A stretch of 49,950 nt of DNA from an uncultured Bacilli bacterium (GCA_944331835.1 CALVIU010000001.1:1-49950); one strand, 5' to 3'; shown: positions 1 through 9,313, numbered from the stretch's first letter. Program-made: numbers and translations. The notes: generated from the sequence alone by a model not told the origin.

Positions 1-84
1 AATGATAAATCAATTATACCAAACAAATGTATGTGCGTCAAGCAAATTTTTCGAAAAAGTATGACTTTCCTATTATACAAAAAG
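1..84 (-). mobile_element. Partial left end of a second IS200/IS605-family (tnpB-type) element; its body lies off-window to the left
   Basis: Positions 1-84 align collinearly with 48806-48889, the region upstream of tnpB at 47645-48793. Differences are a few substitutions and one 1-nt indel. The palindrome TTTTTCGAAAAA (47-58) matches TTTTTTCAAAAAA (48850-48862). Similarity stops abruptly at about 84 / 48889. Confidence 0.6.
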
Positions 85-397
85 AAATAAGAATCATCTT
101 ACTTCTTTATTTTATATCATTAACTAGTCTTTATCGTCTAGAAGATGCTTCTCTACTCTCATTTATAAAAATGCTTAATCAAATTTTCTTCTGTTTACTC
201 ATTTTTCTAATTTAGCCAGTTCACCCTAATCCAACATTCATTAGTAAAAAATGATTGCTCTTAACATTTTGAATATAATATCCGAGATTGTTATCAGACT
301 AAAATCTACCATTTAATGTTTCTTCATCAAATTCATGAGGATCTTAAAAAAACTTTTAATAATAACATATTTTTCCCCTTTGATACTTTATATTCTG

Positions 398-3300
398 TCA
401 ATTTTTGGGTTTTAAACCTAAATAAAGTTCACTTTCTCCATCCAAAGTTGGAAATTCACAATTAAATAATTCTTTATATCTACTAACTAAAATATAAAAT
501 AAATTTATTCCTTTATTAAGTTCTTGTAAAGTATTATCTTCACTTATATTAAATATCTCAGCAATCTCTTGAACAGAGTGGATATTCCCGTCATAAATTC
601 CTAAACGTAGTGAAGTCATTAATTGACACTTTAATGGAAGCAACTTAATAAATTCTTTAAAGAAAGGATGCTTAAATGGGCTTTCAATAGTTTCATATTC
701 CTTGAAAGTTAAAATTTCTATACTTTCGCTAGGAACTTTTTCTGCTACTTCTCCCTTTGATCGAATATCATTTAAAATATTATTCAGTACTGGAATATAT
801 TTTGTTATGTCTACCCCAACTTTTTTGCTTTTATCTAAATTAATACCAAAAATATCCTGTAATTCTATTAATAACTCTGAGTTTAACGATTCTTTTATTT
901 TATCAAGTTCATCATCACTACACATTAATATTCTACTCAAGAAATTTGCTAAATACTCTTGATAATTAGCCACAAATAAAGAAACATAACTTTGCATCTC
1001 ATCACTTTCTGATATATTAGCATCATTACCTAAATTTTCACCAAATACTAAAGCTAGTTTATAATAACTTGCTTTAAAATTAAGCTTATAATAAAAAACA
1101 TAGTCCATAAATTCTTTAAAAGATACCCCTAATAAAGCTTTTAAATTGATTATTTTATTTCCATCCTTTTTCTTTTTTCGTTTTCTTATATAACTAATTA
1201 TTTGTTCAAATTCACTTTTCAAATTTTTATCTAAAGTATTAAGGTCCACTACTCTATCAAAATTTGGTCCAAATAAATTTACCATAAATTTATATGCCAT
1301 AGAATTTTTATTCATAGCCATTATATTTGCTAACTCTTCATCACTGCATTTAAGAATGTCTTTTAGACTTACAACATTTTTATGTTTCTTATCAATCTTT
1401 TTCCTAAACCTCTCTAAACCAACAAAATAAGTTCTTTTTTCTCCCAAAGTTAATTCACTAAAGTTATTTTCTTCTTCTAAAAAAGTATTACCATATAACT
1501 TGACAAAAACGTTATGTCTTAAAGAAGGCTTTTTAATATCATTTAAAATATAAGTAATATCTTCTTCACTTGCCCCTAAAATATCTTTTAAAAACTTTGG
1601 TCTACTTATATTTATTAATTTTTCTTTTAAATTTGGATATAATGCATCTAACTTTTGCAACTCATCATTTGATAAATTAATTTCATTTAAAGGACTACTA
1701 AGACCTATACCATAATATTTACTCCAAAATTGATATTCCTCACTTTGAAATAATAATATAGCTAAAGTAAAAATATCTTCATCACTACATTCCAGTTTTT
1801 CTTTCAAATAAACCTTATTCCTTCTACCATTAATTTTAGTATCAACTGGTATATAATTTGAATTATTAATAAATCTTTGTAACTTCTTCATAGCTACTGC
1901 ATACTTTGAATGCATACGCGTTGGAATTGGGTTGCATTCATCTAAATTTTTACCATGCCTAAGCAAAATAATTATCCGATCTTTTTCAGACATTTCACTT
2001 AATATTTTTAAAACTAACTCCTTATCTTCTTTTGTAATATCCCAAACCTCCCGCTTTTTTTCCTCTTTTAAATTCTCATCATTAACATAACCACTAAATT
2101 TATCTTTAGCTACATTTCTAAACTTTCTTAAAATCCTATCTATTATCTGCCGAACTCGTTCTCCAGTAACACCAACTACTAAACTAATTTCTTCTAAATT
2201 ATGTTCCCTGTCATATAACGGATTATATTTTCCCGGTTCTTGAATGCCATACCGCATTCTTATAATTTTTTCTTCTCTTTCATTTAGGGCACTTTCTAAA
2301 AATTTATTTAAATATGAAGGAAGCATTGATTGAATCACATTATCTTCGACGTTCTCCGAACTTGCCAAGAAATTATCCATTCTCGTTTTCCCTTTATCAT
2401 TATTTTTATCAATTACTTCAGCATCAATAGATAACGTAACATTAGGAAGTCCCAATATATTTTTTATAACAATTTCATCGAATCCTGTAGCATCACTAAT
2501 TTCTTTGGGACTAACTTTCCTACCTAATTCACTTTCTAAATTCTTCCTAGCCATAAATATTTTATTTCTAAGTTCCATAGTATGAAGTGGTATTTTAATT
2601 GTATTTCCTAAATTAGCAATAGACTTAATTATTGCTTGTCTAATCCAAAATATTGCATAAGTGGAAAATCTATAACCTTTGTCATAATCGAATTTTTCAA
2701 CAGCTTTCATTAAACCATTATTTCCCTCTTGAATTAAATCAAGAAAATCTAATCCTCTACCAATATACTTCTTAGCAACACTTACTACTAATCTTAAATT
2801 AGAAGTAATAATATTATCACGATAAAACTTATATTTTTTATCTAATTTTTTTCGTTCCTCTTCACTTAAATTAGTAACTAACTTTTCCTTAATTTCTTCA
2901 ATTTTTTGGAAATAATCCACAATCTCATCATAAGACAAAATTGGATATTCTCCAATTTCCCGCAAATAAGTCCTAATACTATCAGTAGTATAATATTCAC
3001 TTTTATCAGGAATATCTTCTATTTTCTCTTCTATATCATCGACATATATTCCTTTAACTATAGTATAAGAAGTTAAAAAATTAATAACTTCTTCATTATC
3101 TACTAACTTAGATAAATAATCATAATTTATTTTATCTTTACCATCAAATAATTCACTTAATATTTCATCTAACTCAGGATATTTCTTAAGTAAACTTGCT
3201 AAATAATTGATATCAAACATAATATCAAATTTATATAATGCATTTATTATATAACTTAAATTTTTTATTAAAGTTCTCTTTTTATTTTGGAGTTGCTCTA

Positions 3301-3478
3301 TAAACCAAGCCATTTCTAAATTATTATAGTCTTGTTTTAAATGATTTAAGACAAGACTATAAGCAGTATTTAAATTTATAATATCTAGACCTATTAAAGA
3401 TTCAAAATAATTTCTATCTTTTTTATAAAATGAAAAACTTCTTTGTAGTCTTTTTATAATATCTGTTCTACTTAACAT
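398..3478 (-). CDS. Giant sigma-70 family protein (1026 aa): N-terminal unknown domain, sigma regions 1.2-4.2, and a ~570 aa repeat-containing C-terminal extension ending in a second region-4-like HTH
   Basis: ORF-track protein. Residues ~165-455 carry TDSIRTYLREIGEYPILS (r1.2), NLRLVVSVAKKYIGRGLDFLDLIQEGNNGLMKAVEKFDYDKGYRFSTYAIFWIRQAI (r2), IKIPLHTMELRNKI (r3.0) and EREEKIIRMRYG...VTGERVRQIIDRILRKF (r4). A strong SD (GGGGGGAGGAA) precedes the ATG. The gene lies 30 nt downstream of the preceding paralogue, so it is probably co-transcribed with it. Confidence 0.8.
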   Translation of the reverse strand: MLSRTDIIKRLQRSFSFYKKDRNYFESLIGLDIINLNTAYSLVLNHLKQDYNNLEMAWFIEQLQNKKRTLIKNLSYIINALYKFDIMFDINYLASLLKKYPELDEILSELFDGKDKINYDYLSKLVDNEEVINFLTSYTIVKGIYVDDIEEKIEDIPDKSEYYTTDSIRTYLREIGEYPILSYDEIVDYFQKIEEIKEKLVTNLSEEERKKLDKKYKFYRDNIITSNLRLVVSVAKKYIGRGLDFLDLIQEGNNGLMKAVEKFDYDKGYRFSTYAIFWIRQAIIKSIANLGNTIKIPLHTMELRNKIFMARKNLESELGRKVSPKEISDATGFDEIVIKNILGLPNVTLSIDAEVIDKNNDKGKTRMDNFLASSENVEDNVIQSMLPSYLNKFLESALNEREEKIIRMRYGIQEPGKYNPLYDREHNLEEISLVVGVTGERVRQIIDRILRKFRNVAKDKFSGYVNDENLKEEKKREVWDITKEDKELVLKILSEMSEKDRIIILLRHGKNLDECNPIPTRMHSKYAVAMKKLQRFINNSNYIPVDTKINGRRNKVYLKEKLECSDEDIFTLAILLFQSEEYQFWSKYYGIGLSSPLNEINLSNDELQKLDALYPNLKEKLINISRPKFLKDILGASEEDITYILNDIKKPSLRHNVFVKLYGNTFLEEENNFSELTLGEKRTYFVGLERFRKKIDKKHKNVVSLKDILKCSDEELANIMAMNKNSMAYKFMVNLFGPNFDRVVDLNTLDKNLKSEFEQIISYIRKRKKKKDGNKIINLKALLGVSFKEFMDYVFYYKLNFKASYYKLALVFGENLGNDANISESDEMQSYVSLFVANYQEYLANFLSRILMCSDDELDKIKESLNSELLIELQDIFGINLDKSKKVGVDITKYIPVLNNILNDIRSKGEVAEKVPSESIEILTFKEYETIESPFKHPFFKEFIKLLPLKCQLMTSLRLGIYDGNIHSVQEIAEIFNISEDNTLQELNKGINLFYILVSRYKELFNCEFPTLDGESELYLGLKPKN

Positions 3479-3508
3479 TGTAATTCCTCCCCCCGCAAAA
3501 TTGGTATA

Positions 3509-5599
3509 TTAATCATTATGTCGCTTCAATTCTAAAAGAGATTCATCATCTACAGCTGGGAAATCCATACCAAATGATTCTTTATATCCACTAGCCAAAG
3601 TACTAAATAGAATTTTAACTTTATCAAGCTCTTGCGAAACTTCATTCTCATTTACCTCAAATACTTCCGCAATCTCAGGAATAGAATGAATATTTCCATC
3701 ATAAATACCTAAACGAAGGGATGCCATTAATTGACACCTTAATGGAAGCACTTTTATTAATTCTTTAAAAAACGGATGTTTTAATGGACTCTCAATAGTG
3801 TCATATTCTTTAGAAGTTAAAATTTCCGGATTAGTATTTTCTTTTACTTCTTCAGTTTGCATTACTGGTACTACTTCTGGCACTTGTTCTGAAGAAATAG
3901 CTGTTACTTCTTCGGAGCTTCTTAAAGTATTTAATATATTATTTAAATCATCTAAGTATAAATTAATATCCAAATTTGTTTGTCTAACTTCATCTAAATT
4001 TTTTCCATAAGCTTCTTGGAGTTTTAATAAAATATTACTATCATGTTCTTGCAAATATTTTTTTAACATTACTAATTCATCATTAGAACAAACTATAATA
4101 TTACTTAAATGTTTACTTTGATAAGTACTATATCCTGCTGTAAATTCATCAATAATGCCTTTAATATCATCTTTAATTAGATACGAAATTACTGCTTTAT
4201 CTAAATTATTCCCAAAAATATCTTTTAATTTTTGATAATGATCAGGATAATTTCCAAAATAATACTTTACATACGAAGAAAAATCTGGAACATCTAAAAC
4301 TAAAGACACTTTTTTTTCTTTTCTAATATTAGCCAATTTAGAATACAAAAACTGCAAACGAAGTCTAAACTCTTTTTTTTCTTCTTTTGATAAAGAACTA
4401 CGATCAATTTTTCCTTTAAAATTCTCTCCCGCAATTGAAGAAAAATATTGATATACTTTACTAGAATGACGAACATTCATAACCGCCGCAAATTCTTCAT
4501 CATTACAATCAAGAATTTCTTGTAAAGTTTGGTCTTGTTGTTCTCTAGTATCTTCCAACTTTTGTCGTAACACATGAAATCCTGCCCATAATTTATCACT
4601 TTTTTCTGTTTTAAACATGCTTAAATCCGTAATTAAAGAAGAAAAATCACTACCAAAAGTTTGAATAAAAGCGTTATAACGAATTGATTCTTTTCTAAAA
4701 AATCTAGTTAATTGTTTTACTTCCTCATCGGTTGCTCCCAATATATCTTTTAAATATGAATATTGTTCTAAATTATTTAACTTTTCTTTTAAAATTGGAT
4801 ACAACAATTCTAATTTTTCATAATCTTCCAAAGGCATTTCTAGTTCATTAGCTACTTTAGTTAAATTAGAGCCATAATATCTAAATAAAATATCCATATC
4901 AGCATTTTTTATAAGATTTATTGCTAAATCATAAATAACATCTTTAGAGCAACCCAATTTTTCTTTCAAAAACACCCTACTTCTCTTACCATCTTTAATA
5001 ATAGTTATAGGATTTTTCCGATTTATAACGCGAGTAGTATTTGTTTCAGGAACATAATTAGGGTCATTTATCATTCTTTTCAGTTTTTTAATTGCCCTAT
5101 AAATAATCTGATTATCAGATTCACCGACATAATTATTCTCATCTAAGTTTTTTCCAAAACGCGAATAAAAAGCTTTTACTTCAAGTGCGGGTAATTGTTC
5201 AATTTTTTCAATTATTTGTTCCTTATGCTTTACCACCCAAGCTTTTACTTGAATCGTTTCTTCTTTACATTCCTCTACTATATTTTCCTCTTTAGCTTTA
5301 GTATTATGATCATTACTATTTAATTTTGTTAAATGCTTAGATATTTTTTTTAAAGCTTTAGCCTCAATTTCTCTTACCTTATCTGTAACCAATGCCAACT
5401 TATCCCCAATTTCTTTTATATCATGTTTACCATCATATAACGGATTAAATTTTCCTGGTTCTTGAATACCCAAACGCATCCTAATTATTCTTTCTTCCTT
5501 TTTAGTCAAACACCTACTTAAAATATTATTCAATTCTTCTTTAGGTATTTCGTTTAAAACTTCTTCTAAATTATCATCACTTACAATAAAATCACTCAT
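3509..5599 (-). CDS. Sigma-70 paralogue lacking regions 1.2/2/3 (696 aa): region 4, repeat extension and terminal region-4-like HTH
   Basis: The N-terminus aligns with the region 3/4 junction of the neighbours (LNNILSRCLTKKEERIIRMRLGIQEPGKFNPLYDGKHDIKEIGDKLALVTDKVREIEAKALKKI). No NLRLV/DLIQEGN/WWIRQAI motifs are present. The rest is collinear with the neighbours' C-terminal extensions. The 180-nt upstream gap is too short to hide a decayed region 2. Confidence 0.75.
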   Translation of the reverse strand: MSDFIVSDDNLEEVLNEIPKEELNNILSRCLTKKEERIIRMRLGIQEPGKFNPLYDGKHDIKEIGDKLALVTDKVREIEAKALKKISKHLTKLNSNDHNTKAKEENIVEECKEETIQVKAWVVKHKEQIIEKIEQLPALEVKAFYSRFGKNLDENNYVGESDNQIIYRAIKKLKRMINDPNYVPETNTTRVINRKNPITIIKDGKRSRVFLKEKLGCSKDVIYDLAINLIKNADMDILFRYYGSNLTKVANELEMPLEDYEKLELLYPILKEKLNNLEQYSYLKDILGATDEEVKQLTRFFRKESIRYNAFIQTFGSDFSSLITDLSMFKTEKSDKLWAGFHVLRQKLEDTREQQDQTLQEILDCNDEEFAAVMNVRHSSKVYQYFSSIAGENFKGKIDRSSLSKEEKKEFRLRLQFLYSKLANIRKEKKVSLVLDVPDFSSYVKYYFGNYPDHYQKLKDIFGNNLDKAVISYLIKDDIKGIIDEFTAGYSTYQSKHLSNIIVCSNDELVMLKKYLQEHDSNILLKLQEAYGKNLDEVRQTNLDINLYLDDLNNILNTLRSSEEVTAISSEQVPEVVPVMQTEEVKENTNPEILTSKEYDTIESPLKHPFFKELIKVLPLRCQLMASLRLGIYDGNIHSIPEIAEVFEVNENEVSQELDKVKILFSTLASGYKESFGMDFPAVDDESLLELKRHND

Positions 5600-5707
5600 A
5601 TTACCGCTTTCCTTTTCTACTCTAACTTACTTATATTTTTTTCAAATCATTATTTTAAATCACTTTGAAAATAGTTTATATCATCCCCCAAAACTAACAA
5701 ATTTAAA

Positions 5708-5736
5708 ATTATAATAATTTTGCTAATAAAACACAA
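5708..5736 (-). promoter_or_regulatory. Candidate sigmaA-type promoter for the 696-aa/1026-aa sigma gene pair
   Basis: The minus strand reads TTGTGT-N17-TATAAT (plus-strand ACACAA at 5731-5736, ATTATA at 5708-5713), about 110 nt upstream of the ATG at 5599. Confidence 0.3.
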
Positions 5737-5779
5737 ATCGTTTTTGATTAGTTAATAAAAATAGATTAAGATTACTTCA

Positions 5780-8700
5780 TTATTTATCATTTAACCTTAA
5801 AAGCATTGTACTTTCACCATCTAAAGTAGGAAAATCTTTACCGTATAATTCATGATATTTTAACACCAATGTTTGAAATAAACTAATGCCTTTTTCTGTT
5901 TTCATTAAAACTTCTTGCTCACTAATATTAAATAATTCAGCAAGTTCACTTAAAGAGTGAATCATACCATCATAAAGACCTAAGCGAAGAGCAGTAATTA
6001 TTTGATATTCTAAAGGTAAAAGTTTTACAAACTCTTTAAAGAAAGGATGTTTAAATGGAGTTAATTTAGTAACATATTCTTGTTCTGTTAATATTTCTAC
6101 TGGTTCAGTTACTCGCTTACCTTCAAGCCTTAGTGTTTCTAAACATTCTTTTAATCTATTTAAATAAGGAGCAATATCTTCATGAATATTTTTCGGTTCT
6201 TCTGAAAGATTTTCACCAAATATTTTTTGAAGAGATGCCAAAAATTCTTCATCACATGCTAATCGTTTTTGGAGTTCTATTAATTCAGAAGATGTACAAC
6301 CTAAAATAGCAATTAAGAAATTATTTTTATAAACAGAGTAATCAGATATAAATATATTAATAAGATTTTTTATAGTATCTTTTTCTTCTTTATAATTGAC
6401 ATCAACTTTCAAAGTTAAATCCTCACCAAAATACTTAGATAATTCGTGATAGTTAGATAAGTAATATTCTTTATAAAATGCAACATAACTAGCAAACTTG
6501 CTTTCATTAATACCTAAAACATTGATTAAACTTAAACTTCTTTCTTCCCGAATTTTTTTATAACGTTTTCTTAAATAAGTTATATTGATATTCCAAGTCT
6601 TTCTAGCACTAGCATCTAAGGAAGATAAATCTATTTCCCCACTAAAATCATTACCAAAAAGATTAGTAAAATATTGATGAATTACGCCTTCTTTAAGATT
6701 CATGATTTCAGGTAATTCTTCTTTAGAGCAAGCTAGGACATCTAGTAATGTTACTTTGGAATTTTTTCGATATGCTTCTAACTTTTTCTTTAAAGATGCT
6801 AAACCATTATAATAACAATGTCTTTCATTTGCTCCTAATTTTTGGGAGTTACGGGGACTAGCTAAAGACTCTCCAAATAGTTTAGTAAGTACGCTATAAA
6901 TTTTAGTATTGGGATCTATTGGATTAGTCTTCGTTAAATAAGTCATTTCTTCATCTGTTGCTTCCAAAATATCTTTTAAATATATTGCTTTTTGTTCCTC
7001 TGGAATATCATGTATATCTTCTTTTGGCAATAAAGATGAAGAAGCCCCTCTATTAAGACGATAATTTTGAATTTCTTTTTTAGCAGCAAGAAGTCCTTTA
7101 AAAAAAGATTCTTTTTCTGTTTTCTTTGTAAACATCAATTTTACATTATCAGTTAAGCCACTTCCAAATTTATCGCTAAGAATACGATATCTAATGGTAT
7201 TTTTATTAGCAAAATTAGCTAGATAAAATACTTCTTCATCTGTTGCTCCTAAAACTTCTTTTAAAGATGGAGATTGGTTTAAATTAGCTAATTTTTCTTT
7301 TAATATTGGATAAACTGCTTCAAGAGCATTATAATCTTCTTCTGGCATGGCAATTTCATCTATAGCCATGGATAAATCAGAACCATAACAATAAAACAAA
7401 ATATCCATATTAGGTAAATTAATTATATTTAAGGCTAATAAATCTATTGTTTCTTTTGAACACCCTAATTTATCATGTAAATAACATATACTTCTCTTGC
7501 CATTTAAAACGGTTACAACCGGAACATTTTTTCCAAATTTGATATTTTCAATTCTTATTCTGTATGCTTCATTTTCTAGCATTTTTTTTATTCTCTTTGC
7601 AGCATTATAAGCCATTATGGATACTTTTCTACTAACAGGATTGGATTCATCTAAATTTTTACCAAAACGCGCATATAGAGCTGATTGTTCTTCTTCAGAT
7701 AAAAGCTCAATACACTTCTTTATTTTTTCTATATCCCCATTAACTATTTCACTAAATTTATATGGTGTCATTCTAAACGCCCTTCCTTTCTCTTGTTTAG
7801 ACTTTTTTTCTACTGGTTTGGCAACTTCGTTCATTTTATTTTCACTAAAATATCCTGTCAATCCTATTTTAGAAGTATGTGATGATAATCTTTTTAATGC
7901 TTTTGATTCAATCTGCCTAATGCGCTCGCGAGTTAGAGATAAAGTGTCTCCTACTTTCTGTAATGAATGTTCACCATCATATAAAGGATTAAATTTACCA
8001 GGTTCTTGAATACCAAAACGCATGCGAATTACTTTTTCTTGTTTTGGGGTTAGACACTTACTTAAAATATCATTTAAATATTCTGGTAATAACCCATTTA
8101 TAACATTATCTTCAAGATTTTCTTCGCTTTTAATATAATTACTCATTTTAGAACTATCAGTTTCTCTATCTGCCCTCGGCAATGTAGCATCTAATGATAC
8201 AATTACCTTAGAATCTTCTAAACAAGAATTAACATCATTAACACTAATTCCCAGTTTATTAGCGATTTCTTCTGCAGATGGATCACGACTTAAATTCATT
8301 TCTAATTCTTTTTGGGTATTATAAACTTTTTTTATTATTTCATAGCGATGAACAGGTAATCTGATTAAGTTACTATCATTAGCTATACTTCTGGTAATAG
8401 CTTGTCTTATCCACCATGTAGCATAAGTAGAAAAATGATATCCAAACTTATAATTAAATTTTTCAAAAGCTGTTATCAAGCCTTTATTTCCTTCTTGAAT
8501 TAAATCTAAAAAATCTATACCTCTACCACTGTATCTTTTAGCAATATTAACAACTAAACGTAAATTAGTATTTATTATAAGATTACGATAACAATTATAT
8601 CTCTTTTTTAATTTAACCCTTTCTTCATTAGTTATATCTTCTTTTAAAGAATTAGTAATAGTTTCAATTGCTTTAAAACATTCAATTATTTGATCATGTG

Positions 8701-9238
8701 GTAAAATTGCATACTCTTTAATCTCCAATAAATACATTTTAACACTATCACTTGTATAGTGATTATCAGGGATACCTAAAAAATCTATATCTTCTAAATC
8801 TTCATCAAATTTACCTTTAATAGTAGCATATAAACCTAAAAAATTGATAGCCTCTTCACTGTCTACTAAACTAGCTAAATAATCATAATTAACACTTGTC
8901 TTATCTTTAAATATATCAGCAAGCAGTTCTTCTAACACTGGATATTTTTTTAATAAGGCATTTAAATAATCAATGTCTATCACCAAGTTATACTTTTTTA
9001 AACACTCTAATAAATATCTTAATGAACTAAGTAAAGATTTTTTATTGTCTTGAAGTTTTTCAACAAACCAATCCATATCAAAATTTTGCCAATTGTTTCT
9101 TAAATCATTTAAAACAATAACAGCAGCTTCTTTGTAACTAATAATATTTAAAGATAATATAGTTTCAAAATAGTCCGTATCTTTTTTATAGAAAGCAAAT
9201 TCTCGCATTAATCTATTTTTAATATTTAATCTAACCAT
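5780..9238 (-). CDS. Giant sigma-70 family protein (1152 aa), the most RpoD-like of the three, with a ~690 aa C-terminal extension
   Basis: Motifs: NLRLVVNIAKRYSGRGIDFLDLIQEGNKGLITAFEKFNYKFGYHFSTYATWWIRQAITRSIAN (an intact RpoD-box-like r2.3/2.4), LIRLPVHRYEIIKKV, and KQEKVIRMRFGIQEPGKFNPLYDGEHSLQKVGDTLSLTRERIRQIESKALKRL (canonical r4.2 RERIRQIE). SD GGAGGG precedes the ATG at 9238. Confidence 0.85.
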   Translation of the reverse strand: MVRLNIKNRLMREFAFYKKDTDYFETILSLNIISYKEAAVIVLNDLRNNWQNFDMDWFVEKLQDNKKSLLSSLRYLLECLKKYNLVIDIDYLNALLKKYPVLEELLADIFKDKTSVNYDYLASLVDSEEAINFLGLYATIKGKFDEDLEDIDFLGIPDNHYTSDSVKMYLLEIKEYAILPHDQIIECFKAIETITNSLKEDITNEERVKLKKRYNCYRNLIINTNLRLVVNIAKRYSGRGIDFLDLIQEGNKGLITAFEKFNYKFGYHFSTYATWWIRQAITRSIANDSNLIRLPVHRYEIIKKVYNTQKELEMNLSRDPSAEEIANKLGISVNDVNSCLEDSKVIVSLDATLPRADRETDSSKMSNYIKSEENLEDNVINGLLPEYLNDILSKCLTPKQEKVIRMRFGIQEPGKFNPLYDGEHSLQKVGDTLSLTRERIRQIESKALKRLSSHTSKIGLTGYFSENKMNEVAKPVEKKSKQEKGRAFRMTPYKFSEIVNGDIEKIKKCIELLSEEEQSALYARFGKNLDESNPVSRKVSIMAYNAAKRIKKMLENEAYRIRIENIKFGKNVPVVTVLNGKRSICYLHDKLGCSKETIDLLALNIINLPNMDILFYCYGSDLSMAIDEIAMPEEDYNALEAVYPILKEKLANLNQSPSLKEVLGATDEEVFYLANFANKNTIRYRILSDKFGSGLTDNVKLMFTKKTEKESFFKGLLAAKKEIQNYRLNRGASSSLLPKEDIHDIPEEQKAIYLKDILEATDEEMTYLTKTNPIDPNTKIYSVLTKLFGESLASPRNSQKLGANERHCYYNGLASLKKKLEAYRKNSKVTLLDVLACSKEELPEIMNLKEGVIHQYFTNLFGNDFSGEIDLSSLDASARKTWNINITYLRKRYKKIREERSLSLINVLGINESKFASYVAFYKEYYLSNYHELSKYFGEDLTLKVDVNYKEEKDTIKNLINIFISDYSVYKNNFLIAILGCTSSELIELQKRLACDEEFLASLQKIFGENLSEEPKNIHEDIAPYLNRLKECLETLRLEGKRVTEPVEILTEQEYVTKLTPFKHPFFKEFVKLLPLEYQIITALRLGLYDGMIHSLSELAELFNISEQEVLMKTEKGISLFQTLVLKYHELYGKDFPTLDGESTMLLRLNDK

Positions 9239-9260
9239 TTGAAACCCTCCATGTAAAATA

Positions 9261-9289
9261 ATTGTAACATAATTATTTCATTATTCCAA
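9261..9289 (-). promoter_or_regulatory. Candidate sigmaA-type promoter for the 1152-aa sigma gene
   Basis: The minus strand reads TTGGAA-N17-TACAAT, with TG at the extended -10 position (plus-strand TTCCAA 9284-9289, ATTGTA 9261-9266). It ends about 22 nt upstream of the ATG, inside the 75-bp divergent gap shared with sigK. Confidence 0.45.
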
Positions 9290-9313
9290 TAAAATTTATT
9301 AGAGGTACAAATT

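Noticed and set aside
27-215. 62-aa plus-strand ORF at the window start
   Set aside because: It overlaps the conserved IS left-end repeat, has no SD, and has low-complexity I/L/F composition. It is most likely a chance ORF in AT-rich DNA.
702-8009. Antisense ORFs inside the giant sigma genes (702-962, 3798-4010, 7617-8009)
   Set aside because: They are shadow ORFs opposite long, motif-rich genes. They have no SD and no recognisable motifs.
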